A stretch of 64,000 nucleotides of DNA from Bacteroidales bacterium (GTDB lineage Bacteria; Bacteroidota; Bacteroidia; Bacteroidales; UBA10428): positions 726 to 64,725 of the forward strand of contig JAWOHT010000052.1 of assembly GCA_046485045.1 (NCBI GenBank). Reading direction: 5' to 3'. Positions 63,607 through 64,000 of this stretch are shown here, piece after piece (position 1 is the first letter of the stretch; each line of letters starts with the position of its first letter). Below the pieces are notes generated by a model that saw nothing but the letters and a program-made list of their open reading frames with translations, ran no database searches and was not told the DNA's origin. Position numbers and translations under genes: made by a program.

Positions 63607-63901
63607 TCAATTTTGATAATAACTCGTCGCAAAGCCTTGTTAACTCGGAATCGGACAAACTGTTGATGTTAATGTTCAAATCGGAATCGGTCGCCTTTAA
63701 TTTCGGCATTACAAAATCTAAAATCTTTGTGAGAAATTGCATTTTATCCTTCGCTTCCAATTGCTTCCAAACCGTTTCAACCTCATCAATCTTTAGAGTT
63801 ATAAAGTCCTCAACCTTTTGGCGAATTACCTCGGTCGCCTTATTCTTACTGCCTCTTGGCCTGCCTGCTGGATTGTTCGTTTGTCCTTTTGAAAGTCCCA
63901 T
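63590..63901 (-). CDS. Small protein with basic N-terminal GRPxGSKNK motif (mobile-element/phage-associated type)
   Basis: 103 aa, beginning MGLSKGQTNNPAGRPRGSKNKATEV and then helical and acidic. From memory the motif is common at the N-terminus of phage and integrative-element small proteins (terminase-small-subunit-like, DUF5681-type). Not verified. Confidence 0.4.
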   Translation of the reverse strand: MGLSKGQTNNPAGRPRGSKNKATEVIRQKVEDFITLKIDEVETVWKQLEAKDKMQFLTKILDFVMPKLKATDSDLNININSLSDSELTRLCDELLSKLNEDEN

Positions 63902-64000
63902 TTTTTTGTAATATTTTGTTGTTTACTAAATCAGATATAAATATCCATTATTCTTCTAATGTTGTTATTTTGAATCGGTATAAATAGCGTCGAATGGATT

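Overview
This is a Bacteroidota-type chromosomal segment. The markers are a SusC/SusD pair, a T9SS type-B sorting-domain protein, a GWxTD protein, TTTG-N19-20-TAnnTTTG promoters and the Bacteroidota order of the ribosomal-protein supercluster. Most of the window is ordinary core genome.

**Gene content, left to right**
- rsgA.
- A small redox cluster (OsmC-like, Cys-rich DUF3795-like, flavodoxin-ferredoxin fusion) with a divergent GlxA/AraC regulator.
- An orphan SusC/SusD pair.
- A DEAD-box helicase, then asnA with a divergent Lrp/AsnC regulator.
- rlmB, a GWxTD lipoprotein, an ABC-F ATPase and a UvrD-family helicase.
- A T9SS cargo protein.
- An EF-G paralog divergent from the contiguous str-S10-spc-alpha ribosomal block (rpsL to rplQ, about 24.9-42.8 kb). 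I added rpmD and rpmJ by hand because both are below the ORF-track cutoff.
- eno, gltA, and an NfnAB-like pair plus a DHOD-like gene.
- dnaK, panB, an RluA-family synthase, a LysM muramidase, fmt and ribBA.
- A GT2-GT4-LptF/G-like operon and a START-like protein.
- One tRNA(CAT), followed by five small unrecognisable minus-strand ORFs that look like the edge of an integrated element.

**Assessment**
I do not see a convincing multi-gene novel system, such as a defence island, inside this window. The things most worth a second look are:
- a hairpin-substituted partial tRNA copy in the leader of the tRNA(CAT) gene;
- the ORFan operon abutting that tRNA;
- an EF-G paralog lacking the catalytic His and the NKxD Lys;
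- a REP-like intergenic repeat family;
- a 118-nt inverted-repeat-bounded structured element;
- several simple-sequence tracts.

All calls are from reading the sequence and translations. No database search was run.
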